The notes under the pieces were generated by a model that saw only the letters and a list, made by a program, of their open reading frames with translations, did no database searches and had not been told where the DNA came from. The translations under genes and the position numbers were made by a program. This document shows positions 19,227 to 29,245 of a DNA stretch of 64,000 nt, piece after piece; within the stretch, counting starts at the first letter, position 1; each line of letters begins with the position of its first letter. The DNA is from an uncultured virus (IMG/VR IMGVR_UViG_3300022200_000021). Its lineage: Duplodnaviria > Heunggongvirae > Uroviricota > Caudoviricetes. The stretch is taken from IMG/VR virus record IMGVR_UViG_3300022200_000021; one strand, given 5' to 3'.

Positions 19227-19822
19227 TGTTTAACAAAGTATTAGTCGATGTCGACGGTGTATTACTTAACTGGGATGAATATTTCCATGAATGGCTTAAT
19301 TTAAAAGGATCTTATAAGATAAAAAACGAGAATGCGTACTATCCTTCAGATCGTTATGAAATTCCAGTAAATACTGCTATTAACTTTGTAAATGAATTTA
19401 ATAACTCGTCGTGGATTGGATTTTTACCTGCATTAAGAGATGCTAAACAAGGTATCGATACTCTACGTAGGAATGGATTTATAATTGAATGTATTACTAG
19501 TTTTTCAAATGATGTGTATTCCGTTGCATTAAGGGAAAAAAATTTAAAAAATGTCTTTGGTTATTACGCATTTAATAGTATAATATGTTTACCATGTAGC
19601 TCTAGCAAGTATAATTCATTAAGTAGGTATAAAGATACTAATATGTTTTGGATTGAAGATAAATGGGAAAATATTTTTGATGGATTATCGCATAATTTAC
19701 AACCAATTATTTTAGATCATAAATATAACAGAGAAATCGAGCATTCTAACGTACATAGATTTAGTACATGGAAAGAAATTACAAATTTTATTTTAACTAC
19801 TAAACAATACAATGACCCCTAG
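19226..19822 (+). CDS. HAD-family 5'(3')-deoxyribonucleotidase-like protein
   Basis: DVDGVL, ITS, WIEDK motifs. Confidence 0.8.
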   Translation: MFNKVLVDVDGVLLNWDEYFHEWLNLKGSYKIKNENAYYPSDRYEIPVNTAINFVNEFNNSSWIGFLPALRDAKQGIDTLRRNGFIIECITSFSNDVYSVALREKNLKNVFGYYAFNSIICLPCSSSKYNSLSRYKDTNMFWIEDKWENIFDGLSHNLQPIILDHKYNREIEHSNVHRFSTWKEITNFILTTKQYNDP

Positions 19823-20129
19823 ACAAGAAACAATCGCATATTTTGAATCCTTAACACATCGTATTATAGATTATGTAACTGTAAAAGATCAAGCAGTTCG
19901 ATTTATAAAAAAACAAAATAGAATCTCCGAATCTAAAGCATCATCTGCTGTTGTTTTAGCATTGCTTTGGTTGGCACAACATAAAAATGAATTGCTAACT
20001 GAGCAAGACATTATTATGTTTTGCGGTGGTGACTTGTCAAAAGGAAACTTATCTATTGTAAGTTGCTTTGCAGACTTAAATAAGTTATCATTAAAAGAAG
20101 TTTTAACTATTGCTATTTCAAATGAGTAA
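19812..20129 (+). CDS. Hypothetical protein
   Basis: Coupled ORF. Confidence 0.55.
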   Translation: MTPRQETIAYFESLTHRIIDYVTVKDQAVRFIKKQNRISESKASSAVVLALLWLAQHKNELLTEQDIIMFCGGDLSKGNLSIVSCFADLNKLSLKEVLTIAISNE

Positions 20130-20268
20130 AAAAATTAAATCTCAACAAAGGCCTAAGGATTACTTTTCTAAGTTTGATCCTCCAATTTCTTGGTGGAAAG
20201 AACGAAAGATCCTCGATAGAAAAGCTCGAATTGACTTAGATTATAAATATAAAAATAAGTTTTATTAA
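20122..20268 (+). CDS. Small basic protein (48 aa, not in track)
   Basis: MSKKIKSQQRPKDYFSKFDPPISWWKERK...; overlaps the end of the upstream gene. Confidence 0.4.
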   Translation: MSKKIKSQQRPKDYFSKFDPPISWWKERKILDRKARIDLDYKYKNKFY

Positions 20269-20269
20269 G

Positions 20270-20700
20270 AATTCGTTGACCTGTTATTAGGGATATTGCG
20301 GACGCGGAGTGCGATTCTCCGCCACCTCCACCATAAGCACTATTAAGTGGTAATCGGGAGATAAGGTATCTTCCAGCATAGCAAATTAAAAACCTAAGAC
20401 GAGTATCGTAATGCGTTAGTTAATGAATAGTGCTTACGATGGGGGTGACATAGTTTCGACGTGGTATGTTTGGTAATAGTGAGAATCGGTTAATACGGAA
20501 AACCGTTGTTAATGTATGCTTGAATATTAGTATTCGCGGAATTAACATAAGTCTAATTAGATTAGACAAAGAAGTAATTAATGTAAATGACAATAAAACA
20601 TTTACCCCTGAACTGAAAATTGAAGGATTGTTTTCCGATCTGGAAATGGCTGCTTAATAACCAGCAGGTTCGCGGATTGTAAGTATCCGGTCAACAGAAC
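20270..20700 (+). ncRNA. ssrA: Circularly permuted (two-piece) tmRNA
   Basis: Acceptor piece: T-arm GCGGAG-TGCGATT-CTCCGC, then CACCTCC-A-CCA ending at 20333. Intervening segment 20334-20440. Coding piece starts GGGGGTG at 20441 (7 bp acceptor stem with G3-U70). Tag VNDNKTFTPELKIEGLFSDLEMAA plus two TAA at 20583-20660. Outer boundaries are approximate. Confidence 0.93.
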
Positions 20701-20709
20701 TACTTATGC

Positions 20710-20739
20710 CGTTGGGGGAGAAATCCCCCAACTTTTTTT
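20710..20739 (+). terminator. Terminator of tmRNA
   Basis: GTTGGGGGA-GAAA-TCCCCCAAC followed by T7. Confidence 0.9.
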
Positions 20740-20758
20740 CACATATAGGTTATTTTTT

Positions 20759-21175
20759 ATGTACAGTTACAATTGTGTAATAAATAAAATAGTAGACGGT
20801 GACACAGTTGATATTAACATCGATTTAGGGTTTGGAGTCTGGCTTTATAATGAAAGGGTGCGAATAGTTGGGATTGATGCTCCTGAATCTAGATCTTCTG
20901 ATTTAGTTGAGAAACAGTTTGGATTATTATCTACTAAACGGTTAAAAGAAATCTTTAATAATGGTTCTACAGTTGTACTAGTGTCTAATCAATTTAAAGG
21001 TAAATTTGGAAGAATTTTAGGCGACTTTTTAGTAGATGCAGTGTCTGTTGCTGAAACAATGTTATCAGAAGGATATGCTGTTCCGTATGTTGATAGTAAA
21101 GAAGAAAGGGATGTTTTACATTTACAAAATAGAGCTAAACTGATTAACGAGGGATTAATTGTAATAAATGAATAA
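20759..21175 (+). CDS. Staphylococcal nuclease (thermonuclease) family
   Basis: IVDGDTV, RVRIVGIDAPE, KFGRILG. Confidence 0.9.
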   Translation: MYSYNCVINKIVDGDTVDINIDLGFGVWLYNERVRIVGIDAPESRSSDLVEKQFGLLSTKRLKEIFNNGSTVVLVSNQFKGKFGRILGDFLVDAVSVAETMLSEGYAVPYVDSKEERDVLHLQNRAKLINEGLIVINE

Positions 21176-21581
21176 AATTAACATTATTTCATACCCTGAT
21201 AACTTATTTAACGAGTCGTTTCAAGTATTATTGTTATACCCTAGTATAGAATTAAAAGAAAATGTACAAGACATTTTACTAAATAAAATTGACAAAAACA
21301 TAAATATTTACTATTATAATAGTTTAGAAAACACAACTGAAGAAATTAACTGGTTATTATCGTCGTTTAACATGTGTGATATAGCTATTATTGATGTAGA
21401 TAACACATCTGGATGTGTGCGAGATTTGCTAAGTTTTTTAATTAGTAAATCGAAAACTTTTTGGTTATCAAAAGCAACAAAAAGTATATATAGTATTATA
21501 AGTAATAATAAAATAATTTCATTAGACATACTAACAAGTATCTTAGGAGGTACGATTGAAGAACAAACGAAGTTACAATAA
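21168..21581 (+). CDS. Hypothetical protein
   Basis: Coupled ORF. Confidence 0.55.
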   Translation: MNKINIISYPDNLFNESFQVLLLYPSIELKENVQDILLNKIDKNINIYYYNSLENTTEEINWLLSSFNMCDIAIIDVDNTSGCVRDLLSFLISKSKTFWLSKATKSIYSIISNNKIISLDILTSILGGTIEEQTKLQ

Positions 21582-21801
21582 AGTAAAAGGTCTTTCTGTA
21601 GAAGTTAGAAATAACGACGTAAACTTTGCATTAAGAAAACTTAAAAAACTAGTACAAAAAGACAGACTTTTACAACTGTTACGTGAACGTGAGTTTTACA
21701 CTAAACCTAGTGTACAACGTAAAAAGGATAAAGCCGCAGGAAGAGTTCGACATTTGAAAAAGATTGAAAAAGATTCAATTAGATCGAAACGGCTTTTTTA
21801 A
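21556..21801 (+). CDS. rpsU: Ribosomal protein bS21
   Basis: VEVRNNDVNFALRKLKK...REFYTKPSVQRK; AGGAGG with TTG start. Confidence 0.9.
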   Translation: MKNKRSYNKVKGLSVEVRNNDVNFALRKLKKLVQKDRLLQLLREREFYTKPSVQRKKDKAAGRVRHLKKIEKDSIRSKRLF

Positions 21802-21822
21802 CCACGCATTGTGCGTATTGTA

Positions 21823-21873
21823 GAGTGCCAATAATGGGCTCATTTTTATCTTGCTTAATAAAGGAGAAATTTT
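21823..21873 (+). promoter_or_regulatory. ROSE-like RNA thermometer upstream of groES
   Basis: TCTTGCTT-AATA-AAGGAGA sequesters the SD with a bulged G; preceded by hairpin GAGTGCCA-ATAA-TGGGCTC. Confidence 0.7.
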
Positions 21874-22158
21874 ATGATGAAACCAATTCGTGACAAAATT
21901 CTTGTCAAACCTTGTGAAACTGAAACAAAAACATCTGGTGGTTTATTTATTCCAGACAACGCTAAAGAAAAACCAATCAAAGGGGAAGTATGTGAAGTAG
22001 GCAGTGGTCGAGTTACTGCCGATGGACAAATTGTTCCTCTCGAAGTATCGATTGGATATACTGTTATCTTTAATAAAGGGGCAGGTATTAAAGTATCCGA
22101 AGATGGGGTTGATTATCTAATTTTAGATGAATCACAAATTTTAGCAGTTGTACAGTAA
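21874..22158 (+). CDS. groES: Co-chaperonin GroES
   Basis: KPIRDKILV, TSGGLFIPDNAKEKP, VGSGR. Confidence 0.97.
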   Translation: MMKPIRDKILVKPCETETKTSGGLFIPDNAKEKPIKGEVCEVGSGRVTADGQIVPLEVSIGYTVIFNKGAGIKVSEDGVDYLILDESQILAVVQ

Positions 22159-22165
22159 CAAATAG

Positions 22166-23806
<1,641 letters not shown>

Positions 23807-23851
23807 ATGATAAATAAAAATAAGCAGTAATGCTTAATATGTAATAGCTTT

Positions 23852-23911
23852 AACACTTATAGCGAGTAAGAAAAATATGAAGCCAAGTCGCCTTGCTATA
23901 AGTGTTTTTTT
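23852..23911 (+). terminator. Long stem with T-run after groEL (terminator or processing site)
   Basis: AACACTTATAGCGAG (23852-23866) pairs with CTTGCTATAAGTGTT (23892-23906), followed by a T-run. Confidence 0.55.
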
Positions 23912-23912
23912 A

Positions 23913-23968
23913 GATTAAGTGCTTTCAGGCTTAATCATATATCTTGCTTAATATAAGGAGAAATTAAA
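23913..23968 (+). promoter_or_regulatory. ROSE-like RNA thermometer upstream of hsp20
   Basis: TCTTGCTTA-ATA-TAAGGAGA SD hairpin with bulged G; upstream hairpin GATTAAGTGCT-TTC-AGGCTTAATC. Confidence 0.8.
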
Positions 23969-24430
23969 ATGAAAAAAGTAACTTCATTAGACTTACCTGC
24001 GTTTTACAGAGCATCAATCGGCTTTGATCAATTATTTAATACATTAGATCGACATTATTCGAGTAATCATTCATCAGGGTATCCTCCCTATAACATTTGT
24101 CAACTTAATGAAAATGAGTATCTTATTTCATTAGCAGTTGCCGGGTTTAGCATGGAAAACTTGGAAATTACATATCATCAAAACACCTTAAAAGTCGTTG
24201 GAACTTCACCTAGAGTAGACGACAATGTGCAGTACTTACATCGAGGTATTGGTGGTCGCAATTTTCAAAGAGAGTTTACCTTAGCTGATCATATCGAAGT
24301 TAAATCTGCTAAACTAAATATTGGTATGTTAGATATTCATTTAGTAAGAAATGTACCTGAAGAACTGCAACCTAAACAAATTAAAATTAGTCAAGTCGAT
24401 GACAATGTATTAACATTATCAAAAAACTAA
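23969..24430 (+). CDS. Small heat-shock protein (IbpA/Hsp20)
   Basis: IGFDQLF, YPPYNI, LAVAGF, YLHRGI, FTLADHIEV, VPEE. Confidence 0.95.
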   Translation: MKKVTSLDLPAFYRASIGFDQLFNTLDRHYSSNHSSGYPPYNICQLNENEYLISLAVAGFSMENLEITYHQNTLKVVGTSPRVDDNVQYLHRGIGGRNFQREFTLADHIEVKSAKLNIGMLDIHLVRNVPEELQPKQIKISQVDDNVLTLSKN

Positions 24431-24437
24431 TTACTAT

Positions 24438-24469
24438 ATACGCCCTTTAGAAATAAAGGGCGTATTTTT
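24438..24469 (+). terminator. Intrinsic terminator
   Basis: ATACGCCCTTT...AAAGGGCGTAT followed by a T-run. Confidence 0.8.
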
Positions 24470-24491
24470 ATACTTCCACTAAGGATTTACA

Positions 24492-24791
24492 ATGACTACC
24501 GAAGCTGTATTAGATACTAAAACTAAAAAGTCACTTAAAAAACCAAAAAAATATAAAGTTGTGTTTGTGAATGACGACCAAACTCCGTTTGAATGGGTTA
24601 TTAACATTTTAATAAATGTGTTTAAACACTCTGAACAATCTGCAATAAACTTAACTTCAAAAATCCACAACGAAGGCTCAGCTATTGTAGGTGTTTATCA
24701 CTTTGAGATTGCTGAACAAAAAGCATCAGAAGCACAACTGTTAAGTAGATCTCACAGATTTCCATTACAAATTAAATTAGAGGAAGAATGA
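24492..24791 (+). CDS. clpS: N-degron adaptor ClpS
   Basis: YKVVFVNDDQTPFEWV, IHNEGSAIVG, FPL. Confidence 0.93.
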   Translation: MTTEAVLDTKTKKSLKKPKKYKVVFVNDDQTPFEWVINILINVFKHSEQSAINLTSKIHNEGSAIVGVYHFEIAEQKASEAQLLSRSHRFPLQIKLEEE

Positions 24792-25324
24792 TGTCTACAT
24801 TAGCTAAAGCTATTTGGGAATTACACAAAGAAGCAGAAAATCAACTTTTTGTTAAAGATTTGCTTAATAATAATATTAATACTGCCGATTACGTTGTTTT
24901 TTTGCAAAATAGATATCTTATATACAATACTTTAGAATCTTTTATAACACTACATAATTTATTTAAAGATCATACCGAATTATATCGAACTAACTATATA
25001 TCTGAAGACTTATTAGAGCTAAATCCATACGATAAACCTCCTAAAATCTTAACTAGTACTACTGAGTATATTACATACCTATACTCTATCAGCAATAATG
25101 TACATAAACTGTGGTCACATATATATGTTCACTTTATGGGTGATTTAAATGGAGGTCAACTGTTAGCATCTCGCACTCCGGGTAGTGGAAAAATGTATAC
25201 ATTTGACGGGGATGTTGACGCTTTAAAATCATTTATTAAATCTAACTTAGACGACACAATGGCTGACGAAGCTAAAACGTGTTTTAAGTTTATTATTAAT
25301 GTTTTTCGTCAATTGTATGAATAG
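24788..25324 (+). CDS. Heme oxygenase
   Basis: Proximal LHKEAE His; distal HIYVHFMGDLNGGQ. Confidence 0.88.
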   Translation: MMSTLAKAIWELHKEAENQLFVKDLLNNNINTADYVVFLQNRYLIYNTLESFITLHNLFKDHTELYRTNYISEDLLELNPYDKPPKILTSTTEYITYLYSISNNVHKLWSHIYVHFMGDLNGGQLLASRTPGSGKMYTFDGDVDALKSFIKSNLDDTMADEAKTCFKFIINVFRQLYE

Positions 25325-26003
25325 TGAAATATGGGACTTATTAGAAAAATGTGCAGAGTCTGCAGTTACATGCGTTAATACATATGCAACTGAAATCCCT
25401 GTACATACATTACCATTTAATTCTGTTACTTCAATAAATCGAAGTTGGACTAACGATTACATAAGTCGAGCACATCTAAATATTATCGATGCTAGAACTA
25501 CAAAAAAATTATGGATGATGCATTTATGCATTTTTCCAAGTCATACTAATAATAGCCCAATTTTTGGGTTTGATGTTATAGCCGGTGCTAACAAAGTAAC
25601 TGGCTTATTTTTGGATGTTAGTCCAGGGTCTGCCGGAGCTAACCATTTAGTATCTTCTCAATATTATTCTTTAGTAAAAAATACATCTGTTTCTAAAGAA
25701 CGAGTTCTTCCAGAATGGGCAAAGAATATCTTTAGCGATCGTATAATTGCTGCTGGCAACATTCAAAATATTGCAGAAGTATCTCTACTTATTCATTTAA
25801 TGTTAAAAGTGTTAAATCAATACTTAACATCTATTCAGATGTTTAACAACACAGAACTGTCGGAAACTGTAATTAAAAAACATAATTTTTATTGTCATAA
25901 TCAAAAACAAAATCCAAAAACACCTGCAGTATTAAAAAAGTTAGGATTTTCAGACAATGAATTAGAATATTTTTCAGAAAATGTGCTTTTTCCGCAAATT
26001 TAA
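25317..26003 (+). CDS. Ferredoxin-dependent bilin reductase (PcyA/PcyX-like)
   Basis: MMHLCIFP, PIFGFDVI, RVLPEWAKNIFS, YCHNQKQNPKT; likely start 25317. Confidence 0.85.
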   Translation: MNSEIWDLLEKCAESAVTCVNTYATEIPVHTLPFNSVTSINRSWTNDYISRAHLNIIDARTTKKLWMMHLCIFPSHTNNSPIFGFDVIAGANKVTGLFLDVSPGSAGANHLVSSQYYSLVKNTSVSKERVLPEWAKNIFSDRIIAAGNIQNIAEVSLLIHLMLKVLNQYLTSIQMFNNTELSETVIKKHNFYCHNQKQNPKTPAVLKKLGFSDNELEYFSENVLFPQI

Positions 26004-26040
26004 ATGATAAATATTTTCTTTAACTATATTAATTTAATTT

Positions 26041-26289
26041 ATGAAAAGCAATACATGCAAAGAGTGTAACCGAGTTACTATTAAAACAAAATCAATGCCT
26101 GCATTTGTAGGTTACATTTATCTTTCAAAAGATGAACGATTACAAGATCTTTTGAACGATCCGAGACAATTTATACCAATACAAATTATCTCTACAGACT
26201 TAAACAATCCAGACTTATCTGACTCTGCATCATTTAAAACTTTAATTATTCAGAAAACAGAAATAATTTCCATTGAAGATAAAAATTAA
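26041..26289 (+). CDS. Hypothetical protein
   Basis: ERLQDLLNDPRQFIP. Confidence 0.55.
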   Translation: MKSNTCKECNRVTIKTKSMPAFVGYIYLSKDERLQDLLNDPRQFIPIQIISTDLNNPDLSDSASFKTLIIQKTEIISIEDKN

Positions 26290-26301
26290 TTTAAAAAAGT
26301 G

Positions 26302-26330
26302 TTGACAAATCTTTTATTCAGCATTATACT
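26302..26330 (+). promoter_or_regulatory. Sigma70-type promoter
   Basis: TTGACA-17 nt-TATACT with an AT-rich upstream region. Confidence 0.85.
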
Positions 26331-26336
26331 ATACAC

Positions 26337-26940
26337 AATTAAAAAATTACAGGCAATCTTTAAATACAAAATTTAGGCACAAAGTTAGGCAAGTTAGTAC
26401 AGGCAAATCTCAATGGCATCTATCACATCATACTTAGGCATTTAAACAAACAGAATTAAGGTTGGCACGCCGATTGTAATAGTGCTGCGTAATGTCACAT
26501 TATCGAGAGTGTGGTCTATGCGTAATTTGGCTGTCTGTTGTCAGACTATAATACACTATCCTTTACAGGACGATGATTAGGGTAATGCCTAGTTTGTTTA
26601 TAGTATAAAAGTTTTTGACGTTTGATCCCTATGAAATACACAGTCACCTGAAAGTATTTCTTAAAATTCGTAGCGGCATAGGTAAGGTACAGAGCCTAAG
26701 GGAGAGTCACAAAGTCCGCTGACAAACTCATGTGCGAAGCGACTCACAGAAAAATCTTTTTGTCACTCTAGCTTGCTAGGGTGACCTATGGCTAACGATC
26801 TACAGAAAGTATCATAAAAGAAATAATTAAAAAATTATAATTATTCTAAAAAAAATAAAAAATATGAGTTACGTAATGTCTGTTTTGACGAAGTCACAAA
26901 CAAGACATCAGTAACGAAATACGTTGATGAAATCAACGGT
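26337..26940 (+). ncRNA. Candidate large structured ncRNA and/or replication origin
   Basis: About 600 nt without a tracked ORF downstream of a strong promoter; locally GC-richer; AGGCA array and many hairpins. Confidence 0.55.
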
Positions 26941-26979
26941 TAATAGTAATTAAATAATTTTATAATGTAAAGGCTTAAT

Positions 26980-27711
26980 ATGACTAAACAATCAATGCTT
27001 GAAAGCATATGTGAAACAATAGCAATGAGTGAGTCGTATAGTGCTCATGAATTAAACATAGATCCTATAGCTATATGTTTATATTATGGTAGTTTATCTT
27101 ATTCTTATTCTACAATGTATAGTAATCTTGTTGATATTGTATATAAAATTAAAGAAGAACATCCTATTGAAACATTAATAGATTGTGATGCTGTTTGTAG
27201 ATTTAATGATGATGCTCAATGTATTAGAAAATACTTTAAAAATAAGTTAACATTAAAAGCATTAAATGGAGATAATATTTCAGACTACTGGAAAGCTGTA
27301 GCAGAAGTGCTTACTAGTCCTACTAAGATCACTGTTAATTCTATAGGTCTTATTATAAAAATGCCAACATTTTTTAAAGAAGATAATGAATACAAACAAC
27401 TTTCATGTACATATATTTCTGCAGAAGCTTCGGGTAGCTACGAAGTTAATGAAGTATCATTAGATTATGTAAAAACTATAATAAAAAGCCGTAAAAACAA
27501 TAAATGCGATCAATTTATTTTTAAAGATCGAACTAATCGATTATATAAAATTAGCACAGTTGATCATACTGCAACTGTGCTTCTTAACAGTGTAGTGAAT
27601 CGTACTATTACATTTCATAATGCAACAGTGTATCCATTACGATTATCTGATGTGTCAGATTTTCTCATATTGGAAATTATGAATTTTGAAAAAATTTCAA
27701 TTAAGGATTAA
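26980..27711 (+). CDS. Hypothetical protein
   Basis: 243 aa ORF. Confidence 0.6.
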   Translation: MTKQSMLESICETIAMSESYSAHELNIDPIAICLYYGSLSYSYSTMYSNLVDIVYKIKEEHPIETLIDCDAVCRFNDDAQCIRKYFKNKLTLKALNGDNISDYWKAVAEVLTSPTKITVNSIGLIIKMPTFFKEDNEYKQLSCTYISAEASGSYEVNEVSLDYVKTIIKSRKNNKCDQFIFKDRTNRLYKISTVDHTATVLLNSVVNRTITFHNATVYPLRLSDVSDFLILEIMNFEKISIKD

Positions 27712-27713
27712 CA

Positions 27714-27890
27714 ATGACTAAAACAGTCTCATATAAAACTGAAGAAATATTCACTAAAATTGACGGTGATGATAAAAATGTATTATTAAATATCCCTCCA
27801 GATATTATGGAAAAAATGGGATGGCAAGCTGGAGATGCATTATTAGTGTCAGTAAACGATGATGGTGAAATTATAATACAGAAAAAATGA
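27714..27890 (+). CDS. AbrB/MazE-like DNA-binding protein (58 aa, not in track)
   Basis: LLNIPPDIMEKMGWQAGDALLVSVNDDGEIIIQK; AAGGA RBS. Confidence 0.75.
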   Translation: MTKTVSYKTEEIFTKIDGDDKNVLLNIPPDIMEKMGWQAGDALLVSVNDDGEIIIQKK

Positions 27891-27940
27891 ATATTACAAA
27901 TAAATAACACTATTAAACGAATATATTTTAAAGGAAATTA

Positions 27941-28162
27941 ATGGCAACACAAAAAGATTTAATAGAAGTAATTGGAACAATTACAGATATCTTACCTAAC
28001 CAAATGTTTAAAGTTAAATTAGATGATCAAGATCATACCGTAATATGTTATTCTAGTGGTAAAATGAGGAAATTTAACATTAGAATAGTACTCGGCGACA
28101 AGGTAAAGCTTGAAATATCCCCATATGATTTATCAAAAGGACGTATTAGTTTACGTTTATAG
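27941..28162 (+). CDS. infA: Translation initiation factor IF-1
   Basis: LPNQMFKVKL, SGKMRKFNIRIVLGDKV, SPYDLSKGRI. Confidence 0.96.
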   Translation: MATQKDLIEVIGTITDILPNQMFKVKLDDQDHTVICYSSGKMRKFNIRIVLGDKVKLEISPYDLSKGRISLRL

Positions 28163-28192
28163 TAGACAATACGTGCATTTATATTATATAAT
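28163..28192 (+). promoter_or_regulatory. Sigma70-type promoter
   Basis: TAGACA-18 nt-TATAAT. Confidence 0.6.
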
Positions 28193-28226
28193 ATTATTTT
28201 ACACAACATAACAAAGAGAAAAAACT

Positions 28227-28544
28227 ATGATGAATTATCTTCCAGGTGAATATTGGAAAACTCGTATTAACGATGCACCACATAATGTTAATGGATTTAA
28301 TGGAACATGGAATATTTCAGCTCATCAGAACATTCCAAGTCCTGTTAGGAATTATTTGTCTGAATATTTTTATTCATATACTAAATTATCAAGAGTTCCA
28401 ATGGATGAAATTAATAAAGCATTAAATGAAGTTTGGGAAGGTCCAGGCTCTATGGAATTATTAATTAAAAAAACAGAAGAATTAATCAAAGAACGTCTTG
28501 ATAAAGCTATTGTTAACAACAAAATTATCAAAGATGACGATTGA
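28227..28544 (+). CDS. Hypothetical protein
   Basis: ORF after promoter. Confidence 0.55.
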   Translation: MMNYLPGEYWKTRINDAPHNVNGFNGTWNISAHQNIPSPVRNYLSEYFYSYTKLSRVPMDEINKALNEVWEGPGSMELLIKKTEELIKERLDKAIVNNKIIKDDD

Positions 28545-28989
28545 TTTTAAAGGTGGAACAAAGTTAAAACAACAATGTATTACTGATATGTACAATTTAG
28601 GTGTTAAAATGTTAATGCCTAAATTACAAAATAAACTTTATATTGAAATAGAGTTTGTTACAGGTCTTAAAAAAAACACAGGTATCGACGCAGTGTGTGC
28701 ATGGGAAGATACTAATCATCGACCACGATGGTTTTCCATAGAAGTAGATAATTCTTTAGGATTGAAAGAATTATTAATTGCATTAGCACACGAATTAGTT
28801 CATGTAAAGCAATATGCTAGAAATGAACTTAAACAATTAATTAAAACAAATCAATTAACATGGCATTCTAAGGTGTTTGATGTTTCATCTACTTCCTACT
28901 CAAACTATCCGTGGGAAGTAGAAGCATTTGAAAAGGAACAGCAAATATTTAAAGAATGGTATTCAAATAACCAACATAGGTTGAAATAA
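28534..28989 (+). CDS. HExxH zinc metallopeptidase-like protein
   Basis: LAHELVHVKQY...YPWEVEAF; likely start 28534. Confidence 0.75.
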   Translation: MTIDFKGGTKLKQQCITDMYNLGVKMLMPKLQNKLYIEIEFVTGLKKNTGIDAVCAWEDTNHRPRWFSIEVDNSLGLKELLIALAHELVHVKQYARNELKQLIKTNQLTWHSKVFDVSSTSYSNYPWEVEAFEKEQQIFKEWYSNNQHRLK

Positions 28990-28990
28990 T

Positions 28991-29245
28991 ATGGCTAACG
29001 AAGAAAATATAAAAAACATAGCAGAGATTGCACAAAGTACCGATTTTTCATTTGAAGTAAAATGGGAGAAGTTATCGTGTTCTAAAGAAGAACTCTTTGA
29101 AAAAGTGTCAGCTAGTGTATTAAATGATTTTGAGTCAATACAAGATGACCAAAAAGTTGTTGTTATGCTCGCAACTTTAGTAAAAACATTAGTGGAAAAT
29201 ATTTTGTTAAAATCAGCATTAAATGATAGTAAAGAACATGAATAA
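28991..29245 (+). CDS. Hypothetical protein
   Basis: Coupled ORF. Confidence 0.55.
   Translation: MANEENIKNIAEIAQSTDFSFEVKWEKLSCSKEELFEKVSASVLNDFESIQDDQKVVVMLATLVKTLVENILLKSALNDSKEHE

Noticed and set aside
20301..20333. Stand-alone tRNA
   Set aside because: No anticodon arm, and the acceptor 5' strand lies downstream, consistent with a permuted tmRNA
20466..20657. 63 aa ORF in the track
   Set aside because: It is the tmRNA coding piece; only the tag portion should be translated, by trans-translation
26337..26940. RNase P RNA, CRISPR array or group I intron
   Set aside because: AAAGTCCG and ACAGAA are present, but the full GAGGAAAGTCC/CGGCTTA P4 pairing is not; the repeats are only 5 nt and irregular; no exons flank the region
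27701..27910. Minus-strand 69 aa ORF
   Set aside because: Antisense shadow of the plus-strand AbrB-like gene at 27714-27890
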